A DNA stretch of 64,000 nt. Origin: an uncultured delta proteobacterium. Lineage in GTDB: Bacteria; Desulfobacterota; Binatia; UBA9968. The position numbers were made by a program, and so were the translations under genes. Positions within the stretch are counted from its first letter, which is position 1. Every line of letters begins with the position of its first letter. The notes under the pieces were generated by a model. That model did no database searches, was not told where the DNA came from, and was given only the letters and a program-made list of their open reading frames with translations. Of this stretch, positions 39,059-51,963 are shown in pieces. The DNA lies in the NCBI GenBank assembly GCA_963745035.1, contig CAVUVW010000011.1:128001-192000 (forward strand). The letters run 5' to 3'.

Positions 39059-42000
39059 GTGGATGCTTCTATGAACAGACTCCTAGGTTTAGCTTCTCTG
39101 ACGCTACTGTTGAGTTCGATTATTTCGCCTGTTCCTCTCGCCGCCCAACAGATAGTCATCCTCCACGTCAGCCGCAGCGATCCTGCATGCGCCGGTCAGT
39201 CTCCCTGTTTCACCACGATTCAGGCTGCCATCAACGCCGCCGGTCCAGGCGACGTCATTCGTATCCAGGCCGGCACATATCCTGAGCAACTCTCGATCAG
39301 CGGCAAGAACGATTTCCAAGGCGCCACCGAAATTGACCGCATCATCATCGAGGCGGACCCAGCCACTCAACCTGGTCAGGTGATGCTAACCGGCGCGTCG
39401 GGTGCATGTACAGGCAATTACGCGATCCGCCTGCAGCAGTCCAAGTTCATCACGATCCGCGGGCTCACCATTACTGGCACCGGGGGACAGGCGATTTCGC
39501 TTATGGGCGGCAACAATCAGAATCAAGATATCCACATCGAGCTCAATCGCATCTTCCGCAACGGCAGCAGCTCCTGTAACGGGGGCATTACCATCGCCCG
39601 CGGCAATCCCGGCACGTTGATCGTCAACAACCTTATCTACAACAACGGACGCAGCGGTATTACCCTTATCGATGCCGACGGCGGTCCGCATTACCTCATC
39701 AACAATACGATTTACGGCAATCAGTGGAACGGCGTCGAGGTGGCGCGCAACCATACGATCACGCTTGCCAACAATATTATCAATCGCAACGGTACGGCGT
39801 CGGGAACGACGGGCGGACGATTTGGTGTACGAAGAGAAGGGTCGACTGTTCCGCAGCCTGCCGGAATCAAACTTTTGAATAATCTCGTCTGCGGCAATAC
39901 GCAGGGACAGATCTCGTCGCAGGTGCTCGATGCGACAGATTCAAGCAATTATACACCGAGCGGGAGTGAGGGGGCGGGTGTCGGCGCGCTGCCGGGATGC
40001 GAGTTAGCAGAAAACCTGTTCGGTAATTTACATGGAGCGGATGGCTTGCCTAACACCGGGGACGATGATTTCAGCCTTAAGCCGAATTCTCTCGCTATCG
40101 ATGTAGGCATGGACCCACGCACGCTCGGATTCAATCCGTCCTACAATCCGATCTTCGAAGCGGACTTTGTGATCGAAAGCGTTCGACCCGCAGACGGCAA
40201 CGCGGACCGCACGCCGGCGTTTGACGCCGGCGCTTTTGAGTTTCCCAACGCGCCGCCGGTCGCCAACGCGGGCCCCAATCAGAGCGTATCCGTCGGCCAA
40301 CTCGTTACCCTCAACGGCACCCAGAGCAGTGATCCCGAAGGCGCGCCGTTGACAAATTTATGGACGATCGTGTCGCAGCCAGCCGGAAGCAACATTACTC
40401 TCACTAGCGCAACCACCGCCGACCCAACATTCACCCCGCCCGTGGCCGGTCAGTACATTCTCCGACTCGTCGTGGACGACGGCCAATTGACCAGCGCCCC
40501 CTCAACGGTGGTCATCACCGCGGTCAGCGCCAATCGAGCGCCTATCGCCAACGCGGGCGGTCCCTACACAGGTAATGTCGGCTTGTCGGTTCAATTCAAC
40601 GGGACTGGTAGCGATTCTGACGGCGACCCTCTGACTTTCTCCTGGAACTTTGGCGATGGCGGCACGGGATCGGGTCCTAGTTCCGCCCATACCTATTCGG
40701 CACCCGGGACATACACAGTCACACTGACGGTCCGAGATCCATCCAACGCTACCGGGGTTTCGCAGACGACCGCGACAATCAGTGCCAGCTTGATTCTGAA
40801 TCCCATCGGCAACAAGACGATCAATCTAGGTGGGACCCTCACCTTCACGGTCACCGCGACCAACCCGAACGGTGGTCCGGTAAGCCTTTTTGTCGCGCCA
40901 CTGCCGCTCATGCAGAACGCGACGTTCAACGCAAGCACGGGTGTGTTTACTTTCAGACCGGGGACGACCCAGGTGGGCAGTTATCAGCTTACCTTCACTG
41001 CCCGCTCGGGAAGCAATATCGCTTCCGAAACGATCACCATCACCGTGCCGCAGCCTCCACCAGGAGGAAGTACCGGCGTGCGCGGCTTGGTGCACAATCT
41101 CAACAACACGCCGCTCGCGAATGTAAGAGTCACGCTCAGATCGAGCGGCCATACCGCTTTTACCGGTCCGGACGGATTCTTTACCATCACGGGAATTCCC
41201 TCGGGCACTCAGCAGCTCATCGTCAACGGCCGCGAAGCCAACCTCGGCGTTTATGCAATTATCGCGGTTGCGGTCGAGCTCATCGACGGTGTGCTCAACG
41301 ATCTTTCTGGCGCTATCTCTTTGCCGGACGTCGACGTCGACGCGGAAGTCCAAGTCAGTCCGACGTTCAATACGGTCGTCAGCAACCCGAGTCTTCCCGG
41401 CGTCGAGTTGGAAATCATCGGCGGCTCGGCGACAAATCCTGACGGCACGCCTTTTACTGGCAAGCTCTCGATCAATCCCGTGCCCGATTATGGCCGGCCC
41501 GAATCGCGTCCGGAAGAGTTGCGCCCCGGCATGGCGGTGACGATTCAGCCGGCCGGCATCCGCTTCAATCCGCCGGCGCGGATTACGTTTCCGAATGCAG
41601 ACGGCATGGTGCCGAACAACGATCTCAATCTCTGGTCGCTGAGTCCCGATACCGGCAAGTTCAATATCGTCGGCAAGAGCGCCGTGTCGGCCGACGGCCA
41701 AAGCATCATCACGGTCGAAGGCGGTGTGACGGCAAGCGCGTGGCATTTTCCGTTGGCGACGAGCACGACATCAAATCCGAGCCAGGGCGACAATTACTGT
41801 GGTTCCTGTCGAACCTCGATAGGATCCGAGGCCAATCTGGAAGAAGGCAGCTTGTTCGTTGCACACGCTTTGCCGTCGTACCGCTCCCTTGGCCAGAACC
41901 GGAGTCTTTCACTCACGTACAGCTCAGTGACCGCGGATCCACGACCGATCATTTCGTTGGACAGTACTCTCGGCGTTCGCGCCGGGGTCCCGAATACATT

Positions 42001-45000
42001 TTCAACCAGGCTCAAGGTTGGTGGAGTGCAGCAGGGGGGAGAAATCTTCACCAACAGCAGTTCTCTACCCGAGGATGCCGACTCCACATCACGCCTTTCG
42101 GTTCAGTTTGACGCGACGAATTTAGCGACCGGCCGTTATCCCTTCGAGGCGACGGTATTCAGCAACTATCTCAATTCCTCCGTCGGCGGAATTTCCACTG
42201 GAAACGTGATTGTCGTCAATCGAAGCGCCAGCGCCTTGGGCGCGGGTTGGGCGATCACCGATTTACAGCAACTCCACGTTCAGACTGCCGGCGGCGTCCT
42301 GCTTACAAGTGGCGACGGCACCGCGCTCTTTTTCACCGGCGGTCCCACTACATTCACTTCACCCGCTCGGGACTTTTCCACTCTGGTGAAAAATTCCGAC
42401 GATAGCTACACGCGAACGTTTAAAGACGGAAGCAAAATCAATTTTAACGCGCAAGGATTACAGACTTCGGTTATCGATCGGAACGCCAACACGACGACCT
42501 TTGGCTACGATGGCGATGGAAGACTGATCACGGTTACCGACCCGGTTGGTTTGGTGACGACGCTAGCCTACAGCGGAGCACGGCTCCAGCGGATTACCGA
42601 TCCAGCCGGACGACAAACACTTGTTCAGTATGACCCCGCCGGAAATCTGACTCGGATCACTAACCCTGACACGAGCTTCAAGGCTTATGCCTATGACGGC
42701 AAAGGCCGTCTCGTTCAGGCGAACAATGAGCGAGGGCTGAGTACAATTTACGCCTACGACTTCGCGGGTAGATTTTCTCAGTCGACGCGACCAGGCGGAG
42801 AGACTCGCGCGTTAGTTCCCAGCAAGCTTCGCGGTTTAGTCGATACTCCGGGCGGTCAGGGCACACCGACAAACCCCGCGCCGATTACAACCAGCTCGAA
42901 CGCGACTGCTTCGCTTACCGACGGTCGCGGCAATCCGAGCAGGTTTACGGTCGACAACCTGGGTCAAGTAATCTCGCAGACCGACGCTCTCGGACAGACC
43001 ACGACAACGATCCGCGACGCCAACGGCTTGCCGACGCGAATCACCCGGCCCAACGGCGCAGTGGTTACGATGACCTATGACGCCAAAGGCAACCTGCTTA
43101 CATCGACCGATCCCGTAGGCGCGACGACGACGTTTACCTACGAGCCGGCCTTCAATCAGGTCAAGACGATTCGCGACCCGAAGGGGAGCGTCACTACGAT
43201 CAACTACGACGTAAAAGGAAACCCCACTGAGATCATCGACGCGCTCAACAATCGCGCGCAAATGACGTACAACTCTCGCGGCTTGCTACTCTCGGTCATT
43301 GCCGCCGTCGGGACTCCTGTACAAACGACGACCAGCTTTACTTATGACTCGCGCGGGAATCTCCTCACGGCCACCAATCCCAAGGGCGATGTTACGACTC
43401 TTGCCTATGACGGCTCGGGCAACGTCATAACGTCTACCGACGCCGAGAACCGGGTAACGCAGTTTACTTACGATCCGCGCAATCGCCTCGTCACAGTCTT
43501 GGACGCCGACCTGAAAACGACGCAGTACGGCTACGATCCGAAAGGGAATCTGTCTCAGGTCCGAGATGCGAAGAATCAGATCACCACGTTCACCTACGAC
43601 GGCCTGGATCGCCTCATCTCCGCGACGAATCCGCTGGGGTTAACCGAGACGTTCGTCTACGACGGCAACGGGAATTTAACCAGCACCACGAACCGAAACG
43701 GTCAGACGATCGCGTTCAATTACGACGCGTTAAGTCGTCTGACCAACAAGACGCGTCCCCCGACGACGATCGAATCCGGTGATCAAGTGACGACGTATTC
43801 CTATGATTCGGTTGGCAATCTTCTTACCGTCGTGAACCCAACGATCGGCGTTGTCAATCAATACGACGCTGCGAACCGGTTGATTTCGACTACGTCAAGC
43901 ACTGAGTCGGCGCTGACCGGAACGACTGTCCCCATCAATGTTGACACCACGATCAGCGCAACGGATTCGCAATTCGAAGGCAAAACGCTGCAAGTGAATG
44001 GTCGGATATTGACCGTTGACGGTTCTCATACGTTTGCAAATCTGATCCTAGTCAACGGAGCGGTCCTTAGACACAGTCCCACCACAGCGAGCTCAGGCGG
44101 TAAGCTGGATATCACTGTAACTGGTGCTATCCAGGTCGACCTCACCAGCCGAATTGATGTTACAGGGTTGGGCTTCTTGGCGGCGGGACGTCCGGGAAAT
44201 CTGACTTCGCGCGGGATGACGGTCGGCTTTCAACCAGGGAGTTTTGACCTGAGTGGCGGCAGTTATGGCGGGGTAGGCGGCTCGGGAGGAAGCAGTATTG
44301 CGAACCCAGTGTACGGGGATTTTAGAAATCCCAATGAACCGGGCAGCGGCGGTGGAGCGGTTGGTGTGCCCGGTGGCAATGGCGGCGGGCTGATTCGGAT
44401 CGTCGCGCAGACGCTGTCATTGAACGGCGCGATACGAGCGAATGGCGGTTTGGTAGATATAGGTGGTAGCGCTTCTGGCGGCAGCGGCGGTGGAATCAGA
44501 ATCGATGTGGGGACGATTTCTGGCAGCGGCTCGATCAGCGCGAATGGGAGCCCCGGCGGAGGAACGACCGGAGGAGGCGGCAGTGGCGGACGAATAGCAA
44601 TCTACTACCAGAACGCTGCTGGGTTCAATTTTGCGAACGTCGGCACGTTTGGTGTCAGCGGTCCCAATGCGACAAATGGCGGTGCGGGGACAGTCTACTT
44701 GCGGGGGCCATCACGAGAGAACGGTGAGCTCGTCGCCGACAACAACAATACAGCGACGCCCTCGCTTTCGACACCGATTCTCGGCGCGGCTGCGTCGACA
44801 CTGGCTTTGACGAATTTCCGCGTGCGCCGCGGCGCGCGAGCGAAATTGGAGGCAACGCTAAGCCTAGCTGGGGCCCTGGAGATCACGACCGCGGAGTTTG
44901 CAGCGGGCAATCGAATTATATCTGACACTACGACTCTCAGTTCCAACGCTGTTCTCACACATCTCGCGACAACAGCAACATCGACGTTCAAAGTAGACTT

Positions 45001-48000
45001 GAGCTCTCGCGATATTGCTATCGATGCCACGAGCCGAATCGACGCGACAGGTTTGGGCTTCTTGGCGGCGGGTCGGCCTGGAAATCTCACTTCGCGCGGG
45101 ATGACACTCGGATTTCAACCGGGGAGCCTCGACTTGAGCGGTGGCAGCTATGGTGGCTTGAGCGGTTCGGGAGGAAGCAGCATTGCGAATCCGGTGTACG
45201 GGGATTTTAGAAATCCCAATGAACCGGGCAGCGGCGGTGGAGCGGTTGGTGTGCCCGGTGGCAATGGCGGCGGGCTGATTCGGATCGTCGCGCAGACGCT
45301 TTCATTGAATGGCGCGATACGAGCCAATGGCGGTTTGGTGGACGCAGGCGGTAGCGCGTCTGGAGGAAGCGGTGGAGGTATACGGATCGATGCAGGGACG
45401 ATTTCCGGCAGCGGCTCTATCAGCGCGAATGGGACTCCCGGCGGAGGGACGACCGGAGGAGGGGGCAGCGGCGGGCGAGTAGCGGTCTACTACCAGAACG
45501 CTGCGGGCTTTAACCTTGGAAACGTCGCGGTGTTTGGTGCGACAGGACCCAACGCGACGAACGCCGGTGCGGGAACGGTATATCTGCAGGGACCAGCACG
45601 AGAGAGCGGCGAGCTTGTTGTCGACAACAACGGTGTCCCCGCGCCATCGCTTTCCACACCGGTACTCGGCTCGCCTACGTCCACTTTAACCTTGACGAAT
45701 TTTCGTGTGCGCCGCGGCGCGCGGGCGAAGCTCGACAGTACGCTGAATTTAACAGGTGCCCTGGAGATTGCCACGAGTGGAGAGTTTGCCGCGGGTAATC
45801 GGATCATTGCCGAGTCTATCGCGCTGACCGGCAATGCGGCTCTCACGCACCTTGCGACAACGGGAACCGCAACATTCAAGGTGGATCTCCATGCCGATAG
45901 TCTCGTGATCGATTCCACCAGTCGGATCGGCGTATCCGGTCGTGGTTTCTTAGCCGCTGGGCGTTCGGGCAATCCGTTTCCGAATAATGGGATGACTTTC
46001 GGATTTCAGCAGGGGAGCGGCTCGGTCAGCGGTGGAAGTTACGGTGGTTTGGGTGGTGGAAGTAGTCCGAATCCGGTGTACGGAAATCCTCAGAATCCGA
46101 ACGAACCAGGCAGCGGCGGAGGGGCGGTTGGCGTGCCGGGAGGAAATGGCGGCGGACTCATTCGCATTGCGGTAGGAACACTCGTCTTGGACGGCCTCAT
46201 TCTATCTAATGGCGGGCCTACGGATATCGGCGGAAGCGCGTCCGGTGGCAGTGGTGGAGCGATACGGATCGACGCAGGAACGATCTCTGGCATAGGATCC
46301 GTAAGTGCTAACGGCAGCCAAGCGACTCAAGTCGGCGGTGGTGGGGGCGGAGGCCGAATAGCGATCTACTATCAGAATAACGGCGGCTTCAATTTCTCCA
46401 ACGTCAGCGCTCTCGGAGCATCAGGTAGTCCGGCTGGTCAAAATGGCACAGTTCATATCCAGCAACAAATCGCGATGCTGGTGCCGGAAGCCGAACAGAG
46501 TCCGGTCATGCGCGCGGATGCTGCCGGCGATCGCGTGGAGCAAGACCATTCGGTAGTTAAGTCGGATACCTCAACCATTGAGAATTTCAACCACCCGCGC
46601 CAACGGGCTTTTACCGGTTTAATCCGTGATTTCCATTCATCGACCAATGAAACTCCGGCAAACCTATATCTCGCCATGGTCGCGGCGGGAAAAAGCAAGC
46701 CTTTTCCTCAAACCAGCGCGGCTAGCCGCGGAAGCGCGTCAGAAGCGTTTACCTCCGATGGTTTGGTCCACGAAGCCCGAGCTGCGTCGTTAGACGACCT
46801 TGATCCCATCTACGCCTACGACCTCAACGGCAACCGCGTCTCGATGATCGACCCGACCGGCCTGACAACCTACGCATACGACGCGTTGAACCGGTTGACT
46901 TCGATCACCAACAATAAATCTCAGACTACGACGTTTACCTACGACGCGCTCAGCCGGCGAGCTTCGATGACACACGCCAACGGCGTCGTGACAACTTATA
47001 CGTACGATCTGGCTTCTCAACTGACACAATTGAGTCACCAGTTGGGAGCCGTTTCCGTCAATTCGTTTACGTATACGTACGACAAAGTCGGCAATCGAAA
47101 GAGCAAGACCAACCGCGACGGTACACACGACTATACTTACGACACGCTAAACCGCTTGACGCAGTCGCTCAACCCTTTGCCGACAAACCCGCTCGAGACA
47201 TTTAACTATGACGCTGTCGGTAATCGGAACAACTCCAACCAGAACGGCGCGTCGACTTTTAATACGGCGAACCAACTATTGGAAGACGCCAACTTCATCT
47301 ACCAGTACGACAACAACGGCAATATGACGCGCAAGACCGCGAAGTCCGGCGGCGCTGTTACGAGCTACGAGTACGACGCGGAAAACAAACTCGTTCGGGT
47401 CGTGTCGCCCAATAATACGGCCAACTATCGCTATGACGGGGTGGGGAGAAGAGTTGAAAAGGAAGTGATCGCCGGCACAACAGCGGTCACTAAATACGTC
47501 TATGACAACGAAGACATCCTGCTCGAACTCAATGGCTCCAACGCCATTATAGCCCGCTACACCCACGGCGCCGGCATCGACGAACCGCTGATCATGGAGA
47601 AGGGTGGCCAGTCGTTTCACTACCATGCGGACGGATTGGGTTCGATCACGGAGCTGACGAACCAAACTGGAACGGTTGCCCAGCGATATACATACTCGTC
47701 ATTCGGCAAGATCGAGTCGCAATTGGATCGCGAACCTTGTTCAGCCGTACACGTATACGAGCCGGGAGTTTGATGTTGAAACAGGCTTATATTCGTATCG
47801 CGCGAGGATTTATGATTCTCATATTGGAAGATTCCTTCAACCGGATCCGGTAGGTCCTATAGGTGACAGCGTCAACCTATATCCGTATGTACTTAACTCC
47901 CCTCTGAACTTCGTAGATCCATCTGGGAATATAGTCCAAGTAATTTCCCCAGATACCTACATTGACCTGATATTCGTTGGCTATGGTGCATATCGAATCC

Positions 48001-48408
48001 TTGCCGATAATATTCTGAATGACTGTGATAATTTTGGCGACAATCTTGCTTCTTTAGCAGGAGATCTCGTCGGACTTGCCGTCCCGGGCTTAACCGGGAT
48101 AGGAAGTGGTATCAGAGGTGCGAGAAAAGCCAAACTCGTCGTAGGTAAGCTTGACGATCTTGATCCGGCCTCTTTAAAGTCAGGTGAGACTGCGCTTGAT
48201 TGGGCCGATCGAGCAACTCCACAAGCTAATTGGCAGGAGAATTCGAAGCTCTTGCGGGAAGCGATGGCTCAAGGACAGCCAATCCGAGACGCATCGGTCG
48301 ATCCGGATTACAGGATCACTGGAAAACAAACACAGGGTTTCTTCGAGCCGGAGAAATTTATTAGAAAATCGTGGCTGGAGTTACAACCCACAAACTAGGT
48401 ACTGGTAA
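39059..48408 (+). CDS. Giant secreted RHS/YD-repeat protein: beta-helix, PKD/Ig, carboxypeptidase-regulatory-like, YD shell, RHS core, C-terminal toxin-like domain (frameshifts ~47730 and ~48300-48340)
   Basis: Signal peptide; TIQAAINAA; NAPPVANAG, WNFGDG; many YD repeats; YHADGLGS, YRARIYD...GRFLQPDP, PLNFVDPSG. Confidence 0.88.
43900..46460 (+). repeat. Three ~885-bp Gly-rich tandem repeats within the RHS gene
   Basis: NPVYG..NPNEPGSGGGAVGVPGGNGGGLIRI recurs at ~44310, ~45195, ~46075; first two near-identical in DNA. Confidence 0.9.
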
Positions 48409-48438
48409 TCCTCCAAGAAGTCGGTAGGAGAACGAACA

Positions 48439-49192
48439 ATGCTGAGATCTGAATCTCCCGTTAAAGAGCCAGCTTAGGTTTTCTTGAAGCGGCAACATCT
48501 GAATTTATGTTTATAGTCGAAGAGTTCGCCTTTTCGTGCGTAAAACGAGACGTGACATTTGTACGGTATGAATCGAAGAATGTATTTGTGAATATTTATC
48601 ACGGTCGCTCATCCTTTGAGCTAACCGTTGAAATTGGTGAACAATCACTCATGTTGAAAGACACTCGTTAGAGAGATCGTTTGCAATAGGCGATATTTTA
48701 TATGTGACAAAGCCTGAAGTGGCCGAGCGCTACTATCCTTATCAAGTAACGACGCCGGAATCAGTAAAAAAGTTTGTAAAAGAACTGGCTAAACTTGTCA
48801 AAGAGTACGCAACGCCTGCATTATCAGGAGACCACGCATGTTTTGAAAAAACAGCCGCGGTGCAATTCGGAGATTTCAAGACTTGTTGCTAGAGTGGGAT
48901 TTGCAGCGCTTGCGTCTGAGAGGTAGATACGGCTTGGCATGAAAAGGACTTTCCACGAGTAGTTGCTATTTACGAACCTGTTAAGGAACACTTAACCCCC
49001 GCCGAAATGAAGAAACTCGAAAATGCGAGGAAGAAAGTGAACTTCTTAAAGGCGTTGCCTTTTAATCAATTTGCCATACGACTCGGCTCTCGTCATGGAC
49101 CGATAGAGAGCCTATCCGAAATTTTGTGTGTGAAGCAAATTGATTATAGTAACTGCGGCATGAATCGATCAGCGAAGAGAATCGCGAATTGA
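48439..49192 (+). CDS. Putative immunity protein (fragmented by frameshifts)
   Basis: AT-rich coding pieces directly after the RHS tip (VRYESKNVFVNIYHGRSSFEL; VKELAKLVKEY); RBS aggag; end uncertain. Confidence 0.45.
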
Positions 49193-49761
49193 TTCAGGGC
49201 AGCAAACCCTCACTTTTCAGTATCCGATAGCAGCTCGTTCGACCGCTTACGGAACTATCTGGCAAGAGCCCCAGCCATCGCTAGGTTCGCACACGACGGT
49301 GCCCCGCTTCCACTCGTTTGAGCGCAACTCGCGCAAAAATCAAGCGTACTGCATGGATCGAACCTTCGGAGGACCGACCGGTAGTCGGTCATCCGGGGCG
49401 CACCTGGTGGTAATAACTAAGTTATCCATCAGGATCCAGGCTTAGAAGAATTCAAAAAATCTCTTCCCTCCCAGGCAAGGCAGACAACGCCTTGCCTAAA
49501 ACGGCCGCAGATCGAGAAACACTCAAACCGGTGCCGATGGAGATGTGCCGGATCGACGAGAGCCGCCTAATTGGCGCGATCGTCACGTCGGCCCGCTGGG
49601 TTGTCACTGATGACATGGCACTCAGTTAAATGATGCCGGTAATCCGATAGCAAAGTTGAAGATTCGGAACTTCAAGGCACATTCCTTCCCTCGCTGACCC
49701 ATAGATTCATCCCCGACAGGATGGCACCGCATCTGCTTTACGATCCGTCGGGACGGCAGCA

Positions 49762-50262
49762 ATGGATAGCAATTTTACTTCAAAAGCTTTGGGAACGATC
49801 GGTCAGGATCTGGACCTGCGCGGTCTCAAGACGTTTTCAATCAAATGTGAAGACGGCCTCTTTGTGGTCGATGCCGGTTATCAATCGCCTCCGGCTTTAA
49901 CGCCGGTTACGTTGCATTACTGCCGAAAAGACATAGAGCAACTACAACGCGAGGCAGAGGAGAAATGCGATCATCTGTCGGCCACCCGAAAATTTATTTA
50001 CTTATCCGAAATCTTGTCGGTTATAGGAACTTACATTGCCGATAAAACAGGGCACTTATTGATTCTTTCCAATATTGCTTCCACAGAGGCCAGGCCGATC
50101 ATTGATATTGAATATATGACCATTCAGGGCGATCGAATGGTTGAACATCTAACGGCTACTGACGTTTACACGCTCTGTATTCAGAGTTACAAGCGGAGAC
50201 AAAGGCAGGCCATGAACGACATTCGGTTTACCCGCTTCAGCTCGTTGCAGGAAGGGATGTGA
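49762..50262 (+). CDS. Hypothetical protein
   Basis: 166-aa ORF upstream of a response regulator. Confidence 0.55.
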   Translation: MDSNFTSKALGTIGQDLDLRGLKTFSIKCEDGLFVVDAGYQSPPALTPVTLHYCRKDIEQLQREAEEKCDHLSATRKFIYLSEILSVIGTYIADKTGHLLILSNIASTEARPIIDIEYMTIQGDRMVEHLTATDVYTLCIQSYKRRQRQAMNDIRFTRFSSLQEGM

Positions 50263-50296
50263 CCGCCAACGGAGGCGGCTAACGGATCGAAGACGT

Positions 50297-50731
50297 ATGC
50301 GCAGTAAAAAGATACTGATCATCGAAGACCATCCGGACTGCCGGGAGCTCCTAAAGATCGTCCTCAGTCGCTCGGGCTACTTGGTCTTTCAAGCCGGGAC
50401 AGGGCTGGAAGCCTTGGAACGGGCGAGCGCGACAAGTCCCGATGTGATCGTCATGGATTTCGGATTACCCGATGTTACCGGTGATAAACTAATACTAAGC
50501 CTTAAAGCCGATCCGCTGACTAAGAGAATTCCTGTGATCGTTACCACCGGTTATATGAGTACAGAGGTCGCAAAGCGCGCAATTCTCGCGGGCGCGGCGA
50601 CGGTATTGCTGAAGCCTTACGACGTCGACGAATTGATCAGCGCGATGGAACAATGCTTCTCATCTGAGTCCGATCGGGAAGCACTGCTAAGCGAAGCGAC
50701 GATCGTCAGGAATCAACTAAACCCAGAATAG
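50297..50731 (+). CDS. Single-domain response regulator
   Basis: ILIIEDH, PDVIVMDFGLPD, LLKP. Confidence 0.88.
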   Translation: MRSKKILIIEDHPDCRELLKIVLSRSGYLVFQAGTGLEALERASATSPDVIVMDFGLPDVTGDKLILSLKADPLTKRIPVIVTTGYMSTEVAKRAILAGAATVLLKPYDVDELISAMEQCFSSESDREALLSEATIVRNQLNPE

Positions 50732-50912
50732 GTACGCCAGCGCTGCCTGTGATTCTTCACTTCGTCGCCAATCAGTGAAGTGGCAACCCTCCTTAGTCCT
50801 AAGCAATTACAGCTCGTCTACAGAAAACAGTTTCCTTGACGCCAGTTCAATAACGGCAATATACAACGGCTGTTCGGAGAGCGGGGCCAGTGATCCGTTC
50901 GTGGCGCGTTCT

Positions 50913-51100
50913 CTGGCTCACCATCGCGACTTCTCGGGCTGTGCCTGAACTGGGCTCTTGGCTAAACAAGAAGGGTCCGCTACTTCACCAGATCCCGCCT
51001 GGAACGATTCCGGTATGGTCCTGAAACTCGAAGTGCTTACTCCGAAACCCAGCTTGACTCAGTTTCTGTTTCGGGGAATCGACATCCACGATGGAGCCAG
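50913..51100 (+). ncRNA. Candidate rod-shaped structured RNA (6S-like)
   Basis: ctggctcaccatcg pairs with cgatggagccag; nested inner stems; upstream TTGACG-18-TATACA; no long ORF. Confidence 0.4.
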
Positions 51101-51193
51101 CAATTTAGAATTTTCCAACTTGTAATCCATGAGAGCATGATAGCTTGACGCCGCTATATAGGCCCTGAGCCGACAAAGAGAAAGGAGATGAAC

Positions 51194-51466
51194 TTACGAC
51201 CGATCGTTTGCGGGCAGTTGCCTAATCCGATCCAGAACTTCGGGGCAATGTATAGCAAAAAGTTTGAGTATCGCCTGCGCGCTGCTCTGATCGCACAAGA
51301 TGTGAACCACCTCATCGCCTGTTTCGTTCCGTTCGACGACGCCATTTTGCAATATGTGATATTCGGGTGCGTTAAGAGGCAGCCGGGACAAGCAGAGATG
51401 ATAGTCGCGGATTGGTATCTCCAAAATAACGTTCATAGGTGCCGGATCGTTTATATCTGAAACCAT
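51194..51466 (-). CDS. Hypothetical protein
   Basis: 90-aa ORF with plausible composition. Confidence 0.45.
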   Translation of the reverse strand: MVSDINDPAPMNVILEIPIRDYHLCLSRLPLNAPEYHILQNGVVERNETGDEVVHILCDQSSAQAILKLFAIHCPEVLDRIRQLPANDRS

Positions 51467-51963
51467 GACAATGCAAGTAATCCTTGGTAAGGGGCATGAA
51501 TTGCAAGAAAACGACGACGTCGTCTAGGCGATCCGATAAGCACTCTCGGGGCATCCCACGGCTGCTGAGTGGCGAATACTGATGCGGAAAAGCAATCAGG
51601 CGCGCTGATCGAAGCGTTGGTGGAAAGCATCCGCCGAATCCGATAAAAACCGGCCACCGACGGTAGCCTCAATAATTGGGGACGAGACTTACTACGCCTC
51701 AATGGCGCGAGATTGTGGTGTCCGGCAGATGAGAGATGCTGGCCTTCGGCGGCTTTTGTCTGGCACAATCCGCCGCTTTATTTTTGGCTTACCGCCGCCG
51801 CCAGCGATGCGCTCGGTGAATTTGCCGCGCTTTTGGCGGCCGCTGCTCTTGCTCGAAACTACACTACTCGACGTCATGATTAAAAACGTCAATGAAGAGC
51901 AGAGCTAAGGACTGAGTTCGACCCCAATTCTACGGCAAATAGAAGACCTGTTTTTCTATTTCC

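Noticed and set aside
49360-49410. Hairpin gaccgac-cggta-gtcggtc as a riboswitch
   Set aside because: A single stem-loop with no recognisable aptamer consensus.
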